Shown here: one piece after another, positions 50,378 to 57,440 of the stretch
Numbering within the stretch: position 1 is the first letter of the stretch
Layout: every line of letters begins with the position of its first letter
From: Clostridia bacterium
GTDB taxonomy: Bacteria; Bacillota; Clostridia; Oscillospirales; CAG-272
NCBI GenBank assembly: GCA_017628755.1
Contig: JAGBYM010000025.1
Location: 1-57,440 of the forward strand
Direction of reading: 5' to 3'
DNA: 57,440 nucleotides
The notes under the pieces: model-generated
Databases searched by the model: none
What the model saw: the letters and a program-made list of their open reading frames with translations, nothing else
Told to the model about the DNA's origin: nothing
Made by a program: the position numbers and the translations under genes

Positions 50378-52123
50378 TTAGTTTTCTCTTCTCTTAGCAA
50401 CAACTGCAACACCGATAACGGAAACAGCTGCGATAATTGCGAAGACTACGAAGGAGTCACCGGTCTCACCGGATACGGGAGGCTCAGTGGTCTCGGGAGC
50501 GGGCTCGGTGGTCTCGGGAGCCGGCTCGGTCTCTACGGGAGGAACGTAGTTAGCAACGTCGGTAAGAGTACCCTTGTAGAGAGCAGCATCCTTGATACCG
50601 AGAGTGCACATATCGTGGTAGAGATATACGCCGCATGCAACCTGAGGTGCGCCTGCGAACTCTGCAGCAGTGCCGTTGTAGGTCTCGAAGAGTACCCACT
50701 CACCTGCAGCATCCTTGTAGTAGAGGCTCCAGGAGTAACCGTCAACGGTTACAGCCATATCAGCATAACCCTCTGCGTCGAACGCGATGTTCTTATCAAG
50801 AGCGGAGAACTTGGTGTAGGAGGTGGTCTTTACGGTCTCGTGACCCTTGATCTTGGTGCCGCTGATGCAAACAACCATATCGGAATCTGCGGAGCCGTTG
50901 AGGTTGCCGTAGAAGTTGTAGAGCTGAGCCCAGTTATACTTCATATTGGTCTCATCAAGGTTGAAGAATACGCCGCCGCGGAGCTCGTTGGTCTTTACCT
51001 TGTAGGTGAAGGTGTAAACGGTGTCAGCGGTGTACTCAAGAGAACCGATCGCGCCGCCCCACCAGGTAGCACCCTGGCCTGCGTCCTTCATATTAGCATC
51101 GGTGGGCTTATCAAAGTCGATCTGCTTGCCATCGTCGGAGATGGTGATGATGGGATCGGTACCGGTAAGATTGAGCATCTGAGGAGCGAAATCAGTGCCG
51201 TTCTTGAAGAGAATGTCGGTAAGCTTAGCGCCAAGGCCTGCCTTTTCGTAAGCATCCATAGTAAGAGTCTTTGCGTTGAGCATCATTGCGCCGGACCAGT
51301 CAAGCTTCTCTGCGCCTTCGCGGAGTGCGGGATAGGTGAAGCCCTTAGCGGTGTAGATGTTACCCTCGTATACAACAGCATCCTTGAAGGTTACGGAGCC
51401 TGCGTTGTAAACGTAGAAAATAAGAGCGAGATCGTCATAGTTGTTTGCAAAGGGAATATAGCCCTCGTCAAAGAACTCACCGTTGATGAATACACGGTAA
51501 ACAAAACCGTCTACTTCAATGGAAACCTTGCAGAAGCCCTCTGCATCGGGAGTGTAAATGCCGCCAACATAGTTGGTTGCATCACTTACGTAAAGACCGT
51601 AGTCCTTGCTGCCCGCGCCGCGGGAAAGAGTGTTCTTGGGTGTGCCGTTCCAGCCCTCGGGGGTTCCGTAGTAGCCGCGGAGAGCGTTCATGGTATCGGT
51701 ATACTTGCTGTTGTTGGGATTAATTGCAGCCCAATCGCCATCAACTACATCCTTGTTACCGTTGATGTAAACACCAAAGTTCTGCATAGCACTCTTGCCT
51801 TCGATGGAGTTGTCAGCAAGAACTTCAACAGTGTACTTCTTGTCTGCGCCAAGCTTGAGACCGTCAATTACGTCACCGTAGAAGTATCTCTTACCCTTGG
51901 TGATAACGGTTACGGTTGCTGCATTACCGTCCTCGGAAACTTCCGAGGTAACGCCGTCTGCCTTATCGTTTGTGGCAAACATTTTGAATGTGTACTTGTC
52001 GTCGTTCTTAAAGTTGATCTTATGGAGAACGTCGCCTTCCTTAGCGGAGGTCGAGATACCCATAGCAGCAACAAGAGCGAGGATCATAGTGAGTGCGAGA
52101 ATTGCGCTGAGGATCTTTTTCAT
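50378..52123 (-). CDS. Secreted surface protein with two tandem lectin/ConA-like (DUF1080-like) jelly-roll domains, PETTEP linker and TGDSFV...AKRREN C-terminal sorting-signal-like anchor
   Basis: Signal peptide MKKILSAILALTMILALVAAMGISTSA. Two ~250-aa halves, ending ...VTFKDAVVYEG and ...LGIKDAALYKG. Tail PETTEPPVSGETGDSFVVFAIIAAVSVIGVAVVAKRREN. Confidence 0.8.
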   Translation of the reverse strand: MKKILSAILALTMILALVAAMGISTSAKEGDVLHKINFKNDDKYTFKMFATNDKADGVTSEVSEDGNAATVTVITKGKRYFYGDVIDGLKLGADKKYTVEVLADNSIEGKSAMQNFGVYINGNKDVVDGDWAAINPNNSKYTDTMNALRGYYGTPEGWNGTPKNTLSRGAGSKDYGLYVSDATNYVGGIYTPDAEGFCKVSIEVDGFVYRVFINGEFFDEGYIPFANNYDDLALIFYVYNAGSVTFKDAVVYEGNIYTAKGFTYPALREGAEKLDWSGAMMLNAKTLTMDAYEKAGLGAKLTDILFKNGTDFAPQMLNLTGTDPIITISDDGKQIDFDKPTDANMKDAGQGATWWGGAIGSLEYTADTVYTFTYKVKTNELRGGVFFNLDETNMKYNWAQLYNFYGNLNGSADSDMVVCISGTKIKGHETVKTTSYTKFSALDKNIAFDAEGYADMAVTVDGYSWSLYYKDAAGEWVLFETYNGTAAEFAGAPQVACGVYLYHDMCTLGIKDAALYKGTLTDVANYVPPVETEPAPETTEPAPETTEPPVSGETGDSFVVFAIIAAVSVIGVAVVAKRREN

Positions 52124-52172
52124 AATTTGATTCCTTTCTTAATTTTCGGCTTTGCCGAATTGATACATAATA

Positions 52173-52201
52173 ATGATACCACTTTTGCGCAAATTTGTCA
52201 A
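52173..52201 (-). promoter_or_regulatory. Sigma-70-type promoter of gene 50378-52123
   Basis: Minus-strand TTGACA (52196-52201), 17-nt spacer, TATCAT (52173-52178). Followed by a 5' UTR hairpin AATTCGGCAAAGCCGAAAATT. Confidence 0.6.
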
Positions 52202-52261
52202 TAGATAATTCACATTTTTTCCAATAACGCACAATATTTTTCTTGAATCCACTTGTTTTTT

Positions 52262-52304
52262 AAAAACAAATCCGGATGCTCTGAATCACTCCAAAGCATC
52301 CGGA
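52262..52304 (-). terminator. Rho-independent terminator of gene 52374-54029
   Basis: TCCGGATGCT (52271-52280) / AGCATCCGGA (52295-52304). The minus strand continues with TTTGTTTTT. Confidence 0.75.
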
Positions 52305-52373
52305 CTTATTTTATTTATTTAATTTTCGACTTGTCGAAAATTTTCCTTCAACTAGCAGCTAATAACTAGCAAC

Positions 52374-54029
52374 TTAGTTCTCGCGTCTCTTAGCAACAAC
52401 TGCTACGCCGATAACAGCAACTGCTGCGATAGCTGCGAATACTACGAAGGAGTCACCGGTCTCACCGGATACGGGAGGCTCAGTGGTCTCGGGAGCGGGC
52501 TCGGTGATAACGGGATCAAGCTTGCCCTCGGGATCGGTGATAAGGAGGCCCTTGTATACGTTGATGTCCTTGTACTCTGCTACAAGATCCTTGTTATTAA
52601 GGGTAAGGCAAACTGCAAGGTCAAAGCCGGTGTCGTGGATGTACTCAGCAGAACCGTCGTTCTTGGTGGTGTGAGTCATATCTACCTTGGTGTAGAGCTC
52701 CCAGTTACCCTCGGTGTTGAGGTAGTAAGCGGTGAACTCATAGCCGTGAAGCTCAGCGCGGAGGCTTGCGTAGCCTTCTGCGTCAAGTGCCATGTTGGAA
52801 ACCGAAGCATAACCGTTGGAAGCGAGCTCTCTTACCTGGTTGAGAACCTTGTTTGCACCGTGCTGGGTAGCGATACCGCCGGTCTTGAAGTTACCGTAGA
52901 GTGCAATGGAGTTGCCAAAGGGATAAAGGGTGGGAACTGCAAAGCCGAAACCTGCATTCTGAGCAGAGGTCTTGATCTTCACGTCGTAGGTATATCTGGT
53001 CTCGGAGTTTACTTCAAGACCTTCAATGATACCGCCGTAGTAGGTGGTACCTGCCTTGCCGCCGGTGTTCTCGATCTTGATGTAACCGGGGTTAGCGGGA
53101 TCGATGGTTGCGGTGTAGAGATTGTCGTTGGAAGCTACGAAACGGCCGTAGAAGCCGGTATCTTTTCTGGTGAAGTCAGCGGTGAAGAGGAGGTCGCCGG
53201 TTCTTGAGGACTCATAATTGGTAACCTTTGCACCCTCTACGTAGTAGTCGGGGTATGTGGGGTTGGTAACGGTGATACCCTCGTAAACCTTAACGTCCTT
53301 GAAGGTAACGGATGCACTCTTGTTGTAGAGGTAGATTACGAAGCCGAGGCTTTCAGCCTTGTCAAGGAGACCCTCGTTGAATGCATCAAACTCATCGAGA
53401 TATACGTTGTTGATGTAAACCTTAACGTTCTTGCCGTCAACTGCGAATGTGAGGTCAACGAAGCCCTCGGAGTCAACAGTGGAGAGGTACTTAGCATCGG
53501 TGATGTAAACGTCTTCGCTGATGAGAGCGCCGACGGACTTACCGCCTGCACCGTAGCTGAGGGTGTGGCGGATGTTGGGACAGCCGTAGTATCCAACAAG
53601 GGATTTGTAACCCTGATCAAGGAGATACTTAGCATCGGTAGAAGTAGGCATATTGATGTATACGCCTGCGTTACCGGAAGCGAGCTTACCGTCGGTATCG
53701 GTGTAAGCAACAGCCATCTTCATGGTGATGGTGTACTGCTTGCCTTCGCCGTAGGTGAAACCCTTGATAGCTCCACCCCAGAATGCGCGGCCTGCAGCAG
53801 CGTCTGCGCTGTAGGTAGCGGTAACGGAGGAACCGTCATCGGAAGGAACTGCGGTGATAACGTCATCACCGTTAAGGCAGGAGAACTTTGCGGGAGCAAA
53901 CTTGTCGTCGCCCTTGAAGTTAACTGTGTAGAGAAGGTCGCCGTCCTTAGCGGAAGCGGTGATTCCCATAGCAGCAACGAGAGCAAGGATCATTGTGAGT
54001 GCGAGAATTGCGCTGAGGATCTTTTTCAT
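52374..54029 (-). CDS. Secreted surface protein, paralog of 50378-52123 (two lectin/ConA-like domains, same signal peptide and same C-terminal anchor)
   Basis: The track ORF runs to 54638 but the true start is MKKIL at 54029 (or MKSIM at 54041). The signal peptide is nearly identical to the paralog. Domain ends ...VTFKDVKVYEG and ...AEYKDINVYKG. Tail PETTEPPVSGETGDSFVVFAAIAAVAVIGVAVVAKRREN. Confidence 0.8.
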   Translation of the reverse strand: MKKILSAILALTMILALVAAMGITASAKDGDLLYTVNFKGDDKFAPAKFSCLNGDDVITAVPSDDGSSVTATYSADAAAGRAFWGGAIKGFTYGEGKQYTITMKMAVAYTDTDGKLASGNAGVYINMPTSTDAKYLLDQGYKSLVGYYGCPNIRHTLSYGAGGKSVGALISEDVYITDAKYLSTVDSEGFVDLTFAVDGKNVKVYINNVYLDEFDAFNEGLLDKAESLGFVIYLYNKSASVTFKDVKVYEGITVTNPTYPDYYVEGAKVTNYESSRTGDLLFTADFTRKDTGFYGRFVASNDNLYTATIDPANPGYIKIENTGGKAGTTYYGGIIEGLEVNSETRYTYDVKIKTSAQNAGFGFAVPTLYPFGNSIALYGNFKTGGIATQHGANKVLNQVRELASNGYASVSNMALDAEGYASLRAELHGYEFTAYYLNTEGNWELYTKVDMTHTTKNDGSAEYIHDTGFDLAVCLTLNNKDLVAEYKDINVYKGLLITDPEGKLDPVITEPAPETTEPPVSGETGDSFVVFAAIAAVAVIGVAVVAKRREN

Positions 54030-54078
54030 GATAGATTTCATTTCATAATTTTCGGTCTTGCCGAATTGATACATTATA

Positions 54079-54107
54079 ATCATACCACTTTTGTAAGCTT
54101 TTGTCAA
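54079..54107 (-). promoter_or_regulatory. Sigma-70-type promoter of gene 52374-54029
   Basis: Minus-strand TTGACA (54102-54107), 17-nt spacer, TATGAT (54079-54084). Collinear with the paralog promoter at 52173-52201. Confidence 0.6.
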
Positions 54108-54124
54108 GGGAAATATGTTTTTTC

Positions 54125-54153
54125 TTGACAAAATCATGTCAATATGATAATAT
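54125..54153 (+). promoter_or_regulatory. Sigma-70-type promoter of the sigma-factor operon
   Basis: TTGACA (54125-54130), 17-nt spacer, TAATAT (54148-54153). Confidence 0.55.
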
Positions 54154-54209
54154 TTATGTGATGCAAGAGCCAAAAATTCCGTTATTATGGGTGAAAGGAG
54201 ATTGATATT

Positions 54210-54761
54210 ATGGAAGACAAACAGATAATAGAACTTTATTTTGCCCGAAACGAATCCGCGATCGCCGAGACCGACAAAAAATACGGCGCATACTGCCGCG
54301 CCGTCGCTTACCGCATTCTCGAAGATCATCTCGATTCCGAAGAGATCGCAAACGACACCTATCTTCGCCTCTGGAACAGCATTCCACCGCAGAAGCCCGA
54401 CCCGCTCAAGCCCTACGTCGGACGCATCAGCCGCAATCTCGCTCTCGACGTTTACGATGCCAAGCACGCTAAAAAGCGGCGCGGGGTCACGATCGCTCTT
54501 GAAGAGCTCGCCGAATGTCTGCCCTGCGAGGACGGACGCGAGATCGGTGAATCCGCCGCGCTCAGCGACCTGCTCTCGCGCTTTATTTCGTCGCTGCCCG
54601 AACGTGAAAAAATCATTTTCGTACGCCGTTATTTCCATCTTTACCCGATTACCGAGATCGCGCGCGACCTCGGACTCAATGAAAGCACAACGGCAATGAC
54701 CCTTTCGCGCATCCGTGCAAAGCTCCGCAAATATCTTGAGAAGGAGGGCATTTCGCTATGA
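54210..54761 (+). CDS. ECF-like sigma-70 family RNA polymerase sigma factor (regions 2 and 4)
   Basis: RBS AAAGGAG. IELYFARNESAIAETDKKYGAYC..., DTYLRLWNSIPP (region 2), and a region 4 HTH ITEIARDLGLNESTTAMTLSRIRAKLRKYL. 183 aa. Confidence 0.85.
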   Translation: MEDKQIIELYFARNESAIAETDKKYGAYCRAVAYRILEDHLDSEEIANDTYLRLWNSIPPQKPDPLKPYVGRISRNLALDVYDAKHAKKRRGVTIALEELAECLPCEDGREIGESAALSDLLSRFISSLPEREKIIFVRRYFHLYPITEIARDLGLNESTTAMTLSRIRAKLRKYLEKEGISL

Positions 54762-55384
54762 CGGAAAAAGACATTCTCCGCGCCATCGGCGGCATCGACT
54801 CCGCGCTTATTCTCGCTGCCGAAAAAACTCCAAAGAAAATATCTTGGAAAAAGTGGATCGCGACAGCGGCTTGCTTTATTCTCGTTGCCTTTGTCGCTGT
54901 GGGCTATTACAATGTCGTTCTCCGCGGTGCAAATGCAGGAGACCCGGGACCCCAAAATTACAAATTTTCCACTTTAGCCGAAATGAATGATGCCATCGGC
55001 AAGGAAACGCTCTACAACGATAACACCGTCATTTGCGACGATGACACCGTAATACGAGTATCCTGCTTTGAGGATGAAAGCGGTATAATTGATCTTCACA
55101 AGCCCTCACAGCTGAACGTCATCACACACGACGGAGACATAAGAGTCGAATACTATATCATTTTCGGCAGAGATGACGTAAGCAAAAGCTACATTGGCGG
55201 CTACGAGGAGCAAAACCTCCGCCGTGAGATCAACGGCATCACCGTCCATTACTCAAAGATCTTCGACGGCTCATATCACAGTCAGGCAAAGTTCATCTAT
55301 GACGGCGACCTTTACGTCATCGACGTCACGTCAAAAGAGGATATCCACGATATACAAGACTATATCGACAAGATCCTCGGATAA
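54758..55384 (+). CDS. Single-pass membrane protein partner of the sigma factor (anti-sigma-like; DUF4367-like extracellular domain, tentative)
   Basis: The start overlaps the sigma stop (ATGA). N-terminal ILRAIGGIDSALILAAE, TM WIATAACFILVAFVAVGYY, and a ~140-aa C-terminal ectodomain. Confidence 0.5.
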   Translation: MTEKDILRAIGGIDSALILAAEKTPKKISWKKWIATAACFILVAFVAVGYYNVVLRGANAGDPGPQNYKFSTLAEMNDAIGKETLYNDNTVICDDDTVIRVSCFEDESGIIDLHKPSQLNVITHDGDIRVEYYIIFGRDDVSKSYIGGYEEQNLRREINGITVHYSKIFDGSYHSQAKFIYDGDLYVIDVTSKEDIHDIQDYIDKILG

Positions 55385-55396
55385 AGGAGATTTATT

Positions 55397-55783
55397 ATGA
55401 AAAAGAAAATCATTCTGCTCTGCATTCTTATTGCCGCGCTCGTATTTGAAGCACTTCCAAACGGAGTCGTGATCTATTATGCAAATCCGGAGGGTGATCC
55501 GTTCCGCGAAACCTACTCATATTTCAGTCTGACTCCTTACGGCTACGCAAATTTCGCACCGCTCATCACCGCGATCCTGACCTGCGTACTGCTCCTTGTC
55601 GTCATCATTTCTTTCATTAATAAAAAAGATCTCCGAAAGAAGACCTCCATTCTCGCGGGAGTATCGTCTCTCATCTCACTCTGCCCGATGCTGGACGGAT
55701 TTAATGATTATTCGATAGTCGGCGCGATGATCTCGCTTTGCCTGATCGCAGCGACTGTTATTATCTCTTTTAAAAAAAGTTAA
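55397..55783 (+). CDS. Small hypothetical membrane protein (about 4 TM)
   Basis: RBS AAAGGAG. 128 aa with four hydrophobic segments. Same operon as the sigma/anti-sigma-like pair. Confidence 0.6.
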   Translation: MKKKIILLCILIAALVFEALPNGVVIYYANPEGDPFRETYSYFSLTPYGYANFAPLITAILTCVLLLVVIISFINKKDLRKKTSILAGVSSLISLCPMLDGFNDYSIVGAMISLCLIAATVIISFKKS

Positions 55784-55825
55784 GGTTATACAGAACCGCA
55801 AACAAAGAAGTTCGCGCAAACAAGC

Positions 55826-56176
55826 TTCCCCTCCCTGTTCAAGGGAGGGGAGTGAGGGGTGGGTCCCTTTTTACAAATTCAAAATTATCAGGATATCGGC
55901 GAGGACTCTGTGGGCGCGCAAAATTACCTGAACCAATTCCGCAGAAAAACGAAATCTCTATAGAAAACGCGCGCCGGACTGGCGCGCGAGGATAAAGGAG
56001 CGAAAATTTCCCGCAAGGGAAATTTTACTCCTTTCAAGCGGTCACCGAGGACGGCGACCGCTTGAAGCACAGGAAAGAGTTTCGCGCTCTGCGGAGCGCG
56101 ACAAGGGCTTCGCGCCCTTGACTGCGCCACCTTTTGAAAAAGGTGGACGAAAACTTTCCCGCTTTTAACTAAAAAT
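55826..56176 (-). repeat. Field of at least 8 consecutive heterogeneous GC-rich hairpins adjoining array copy E
   Basis: CCCCTCCCT-GTTCA-AGGGAGGGG (55828-55850). CGCGCGCC-GGACT-GGCGCGCG (about 55967-55989). AAAGGAG.GAAAATTTCCC-GCAA-GGGAAATTTT.CTCCTTT (55994-56034). CAAGCGGTC...GACCGCTTG (56035-56065). TCGCGCTC-TGCG-GAGCGCGA (56081-56100). CAAGGGC-TTCGC-GCCCTTG (56102-56120). CCACCTTT-TGAA-AAAGGTGG (56127-56146). Confidence 0.8.
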
Positions 56177-56298
56177 GAAAATTTCCGCCTCGGCGGAAAT
56201 TAACCTTCATTTTGCCGAAGGCAAATTATCATTCGCCGAAGGCGATTATCATTCTCGCGCAGCGAGATAACCATTCACGCGTAGCGTGACTATCATTC
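56177..56298 (-). repeat. Mini-hairpin array, copy E (co-directional with typA/bipA)
   Basis: + strand reads AATTTCCGCC-TC-GGCGGAAATT, TAACCTTCATT, then TTTGCC-GAA-GGCAAA (56211-56225), TCGCC-GAA-GGCGA (56233-56245), TCTCGC-GCA-GCGAGA (56253-56267) and TCACGC-GTA-GCGTGA (56275-56289), with ATTATCATT / ATAACCATT spacers. Confidence 0.85.
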
Positions 56299-56332
56299 AA
56301 AAAAGCAGGACGCCATGCGTCCTGCTTTTTTT
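56299..56332. terminator. Rho-independent terminator of typA/bipA (symmetrical A/T runs)
   Basis: AAAAAAGCAGGACGC-CAT-GCGTCCTGCTTTTTT. Confidence 0.85.
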
Positions 56333-56339
56333 GATAGAA

Positions 56340-57440
56340 TTATTTCTCCAGTCCTCTCTTAATACGGCTCTGCGCTTTGAGTCGCGTTTCGGTATTAAGG
56401 ATTCTCTTACGGATTCTGATAGACTTGGGAGTTGCCTCGATAAGCTCGTCGTCGCCGATGAACTCGATCGCCTCCTCAAGGCTGAAGAGCACGGGAGGAG
56501 TCAGAAGAAGCTTCTCGTCCGCGCCCGAAGAACGGATTGCGGTAAGCTGCTTTCTCTTGCAGGGATTGAGCGTGATATCCTCCATCTTGGGACACTCGCC
56601 GACAACCATGCCCTCGTAAACGGGCTGGCCGGGCACAACGAACATTCTGCCGCGGTCCTGACAGTTGTAGATACCGTAGGTGGTGGTCTCGTTGGTCTCG
56701 CTTGCAACAAGCGAGCCGGTAAATCTCATCGGGATCTCGCCCTTATAGGGTGCGTAGCTGTCAAAAATGGTATTGAGTATACCCTCGCCGTGGGTGTCGG
56801 TCATAAACTTGGTTCTGTAACCGAAGAGGCAACGGGTGGGGATAAGGTATTCGAGCCTCATTCTCGAGCCAACCTGATGCATCTCAAGCAGCTCGCCCTT
56901 TCTCTGACCGAGCTTTTCGATAACTGCGCCCATATACTGCTCGGGCACGTCAACCGTCAGACGCTCGATAGGCTCGCACTTTTCGCCGTTCTCTTCCTTA
57001 AATAATACACGGGGGGTTGAGCAGCAGATCTCATAGCCTTCGCGGCGCATTGTCTCGAGAAGGATCGAAAGATGCATCTCGCCTCTGCCCGCAACAAGGA
57101 ATTCCTCGGTCGTGTCGCCGTCGTTTACGCGGAGAGAAACGTCCTTGAGAAGCTCGCGGTAGAGTCTGTCGCGGATCTGGCGCGAGGTAACGAACTTACC
57201 CTCACGTCCCGCAAAGGGGCTGTCATTGACCGAGAAGGTCATTTCGATGGTCGGCTCGCTAACCTTAACGAACTCGAGAGGCTCGGGGTTGGTGAGCGAC
57301 GCGACCGTGTCGCCGATATTGATATCGCCTGCGCCCGAGAAGCACACGATGTCACCCATCTTTGCCTCTTCAACGGGTACGCGGCGGAGACCGTCGATCT
57401 GGAAGAGCGACGCGATACGTACGCGCTTCGGCTTTTCCTC
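56340..57440 (-). CDS. typA: Translational GTPase TypA/BipA, C-terminal ~366 codons (5' part lies beyond the window end)
   Basis: The reading frame is open to the window edge. TFSVNDSPFAGREGKFVTSRQIRDRL, GRGEMHLSILLETMRREGYE, and a C-terminal ELIEATPKSIRIRKRIL typical of BipA. Confidence 0.9.
   Translation of the reverse strand, partial: EEKPKRVRIASLFQIDGLRRVPVEEAKMGDIVCFSGAGDINIGDTVASLTNPEPLEFVKVSEPTIEMTFSVNDSPFAGREGKFVTSRQIRDRLYRELLKDVSLRVNDGDTTEEFLVAGRGEMHLSILLETMRREGYEICCSTPRVLFKEENGEKCEPIERLTVDVPEQYMGAVIEKLGQRKGELLEMHQVGSRMRLEYLIPTRCLFGYRTKFMTDTHGEGILNTIFDSYAPYKGEIPMRFTGSLVASETNETTTYGIYNCQDRGRMFVVPGQPVYEGMVVGECPKMEDITLNPCKRKQLTAIRSSGADEKLLLTPPVLFSLEEAIEFIGDDELIEATPKSIRIRKRILNTETRLKAQSRIKRGLEK

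Noticed and set aside
52124-52373. Invertible-promoter (inverton) control of the surface-protein genes.
   Set aside because: No inverted repeats flank the promoters. The only palindromes are a 5' UTR hairpin, the terminator at 52271-52304 and its A/T runs. No recombinase gene is nearby.
54042-54638. N-terminal 200-aa extension of the 754-aa track ORF 52374-54638.
   Set aside because: The extension overlaps the well-supported sigma-factor gene on the opposite strand and both promoters. The paralog (50378-52123) starts at the equivalent MKKILSAILAL, so the true start is 54029 or 54041.
55924-56130. 68-aa minus-strand ORF in the long typA-downstream intergenic region.
   Set aside because: It is composed almost entirely of palindromic hairpin sequence, is Arg/Ala/Pro-rich, and has no RBS. 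It is more likely a by-product of the GC-rich hairpin field.

Overview
This 57.4 kb window looks like a Clostridia chromosome (Oscillospiraceae/Ruminococcaceae-like). By eye it is about 50-58% G+C and has strong third-position GC bias. Evidence for the taxon: the Firmicute synteny ylmE-sepF-yggT-divIVA-like-ileS-lspA-rluD, a SCIFF ranthipeptide locus, and many lipobox lipoproteins. I found no rRNA, tRNA, CRISPR array, transposase or integrase.

Gene content by block:
1. 1-4061: two tandem GLUG-repeat surface proteins.
2. 4085-7971: a three-gene operon of an OYE/FAD enoate-reductase-type flavoprotein plus split aconitase-X (AcnX large and small subunits), behind a perfect 12-bp palindromic operator.
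3. 8243-22998: a housekeeping block with a CDF transporter, HAD hydrolase, rluD, lspA, ileS, a DivIVA-like gene, yggT, sepF, ylmE, an HlyD-like gene, miaA, an unknown gene, queA and dapA.
4. 23092-32049: envelope and accessory genes. These are SGNH lipoproteins, an orphan solute-binding lipoprotein, an AT-rich MBOAT plus SGNH O-acyltransferase pair, family-4 UDG, a MecA-like gene, a Gfo/Idh/MocA oxidoreductase and an M42 peptidase.
5. 32441-40244: tcdA, a NUDIX hydrolase, MFS-GDPD-murQ, a PLP decarboxylase, and a 48-aa SCIFF precursor (missing from the ORF track) with its radical SAM maturase.
6. 40382-45790: a signal-peptide-less operon of oxidoreductase, ceramidase-like, DUF4838-like and BNR/Asp-box proteins.
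7. 45838-57440: a lipoprotein plus polytopic membrane protein pair, an orphan phage-like M23 lysin pair, two tandem lectin-fold surface proteins, a divergent sigma/anti-sigma-like module, and a partial typA/bipA.

The most unusual signal is non-coding. It is a modular repeat family located at gene 3' ends. It consists of polar arrays of 20-22 nt mini-hairpin units (5-6 bp stem, 3-nt loop, AATGATAAT spacer). Each array ends in a conserved TGAAGGT-AAATT motif plus a terminator hairpin. There are five array copies, all co-oriented with the upstream gene, and stem changes between copies are compensatory. Two arrays adjoin 260-350 nt fields of unrelated GC-rich hairpins. Two arrays supply the stop codons of dapA and tcdA, and one lies between the SCIFF precursor and its maturase.

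The second notable signal is a shared LPXTG-like but non-canonical C-terminal sorting signal, (P/E)xTGDSFV-hydrophobic-AKRREN, on three of the four surface proteins.
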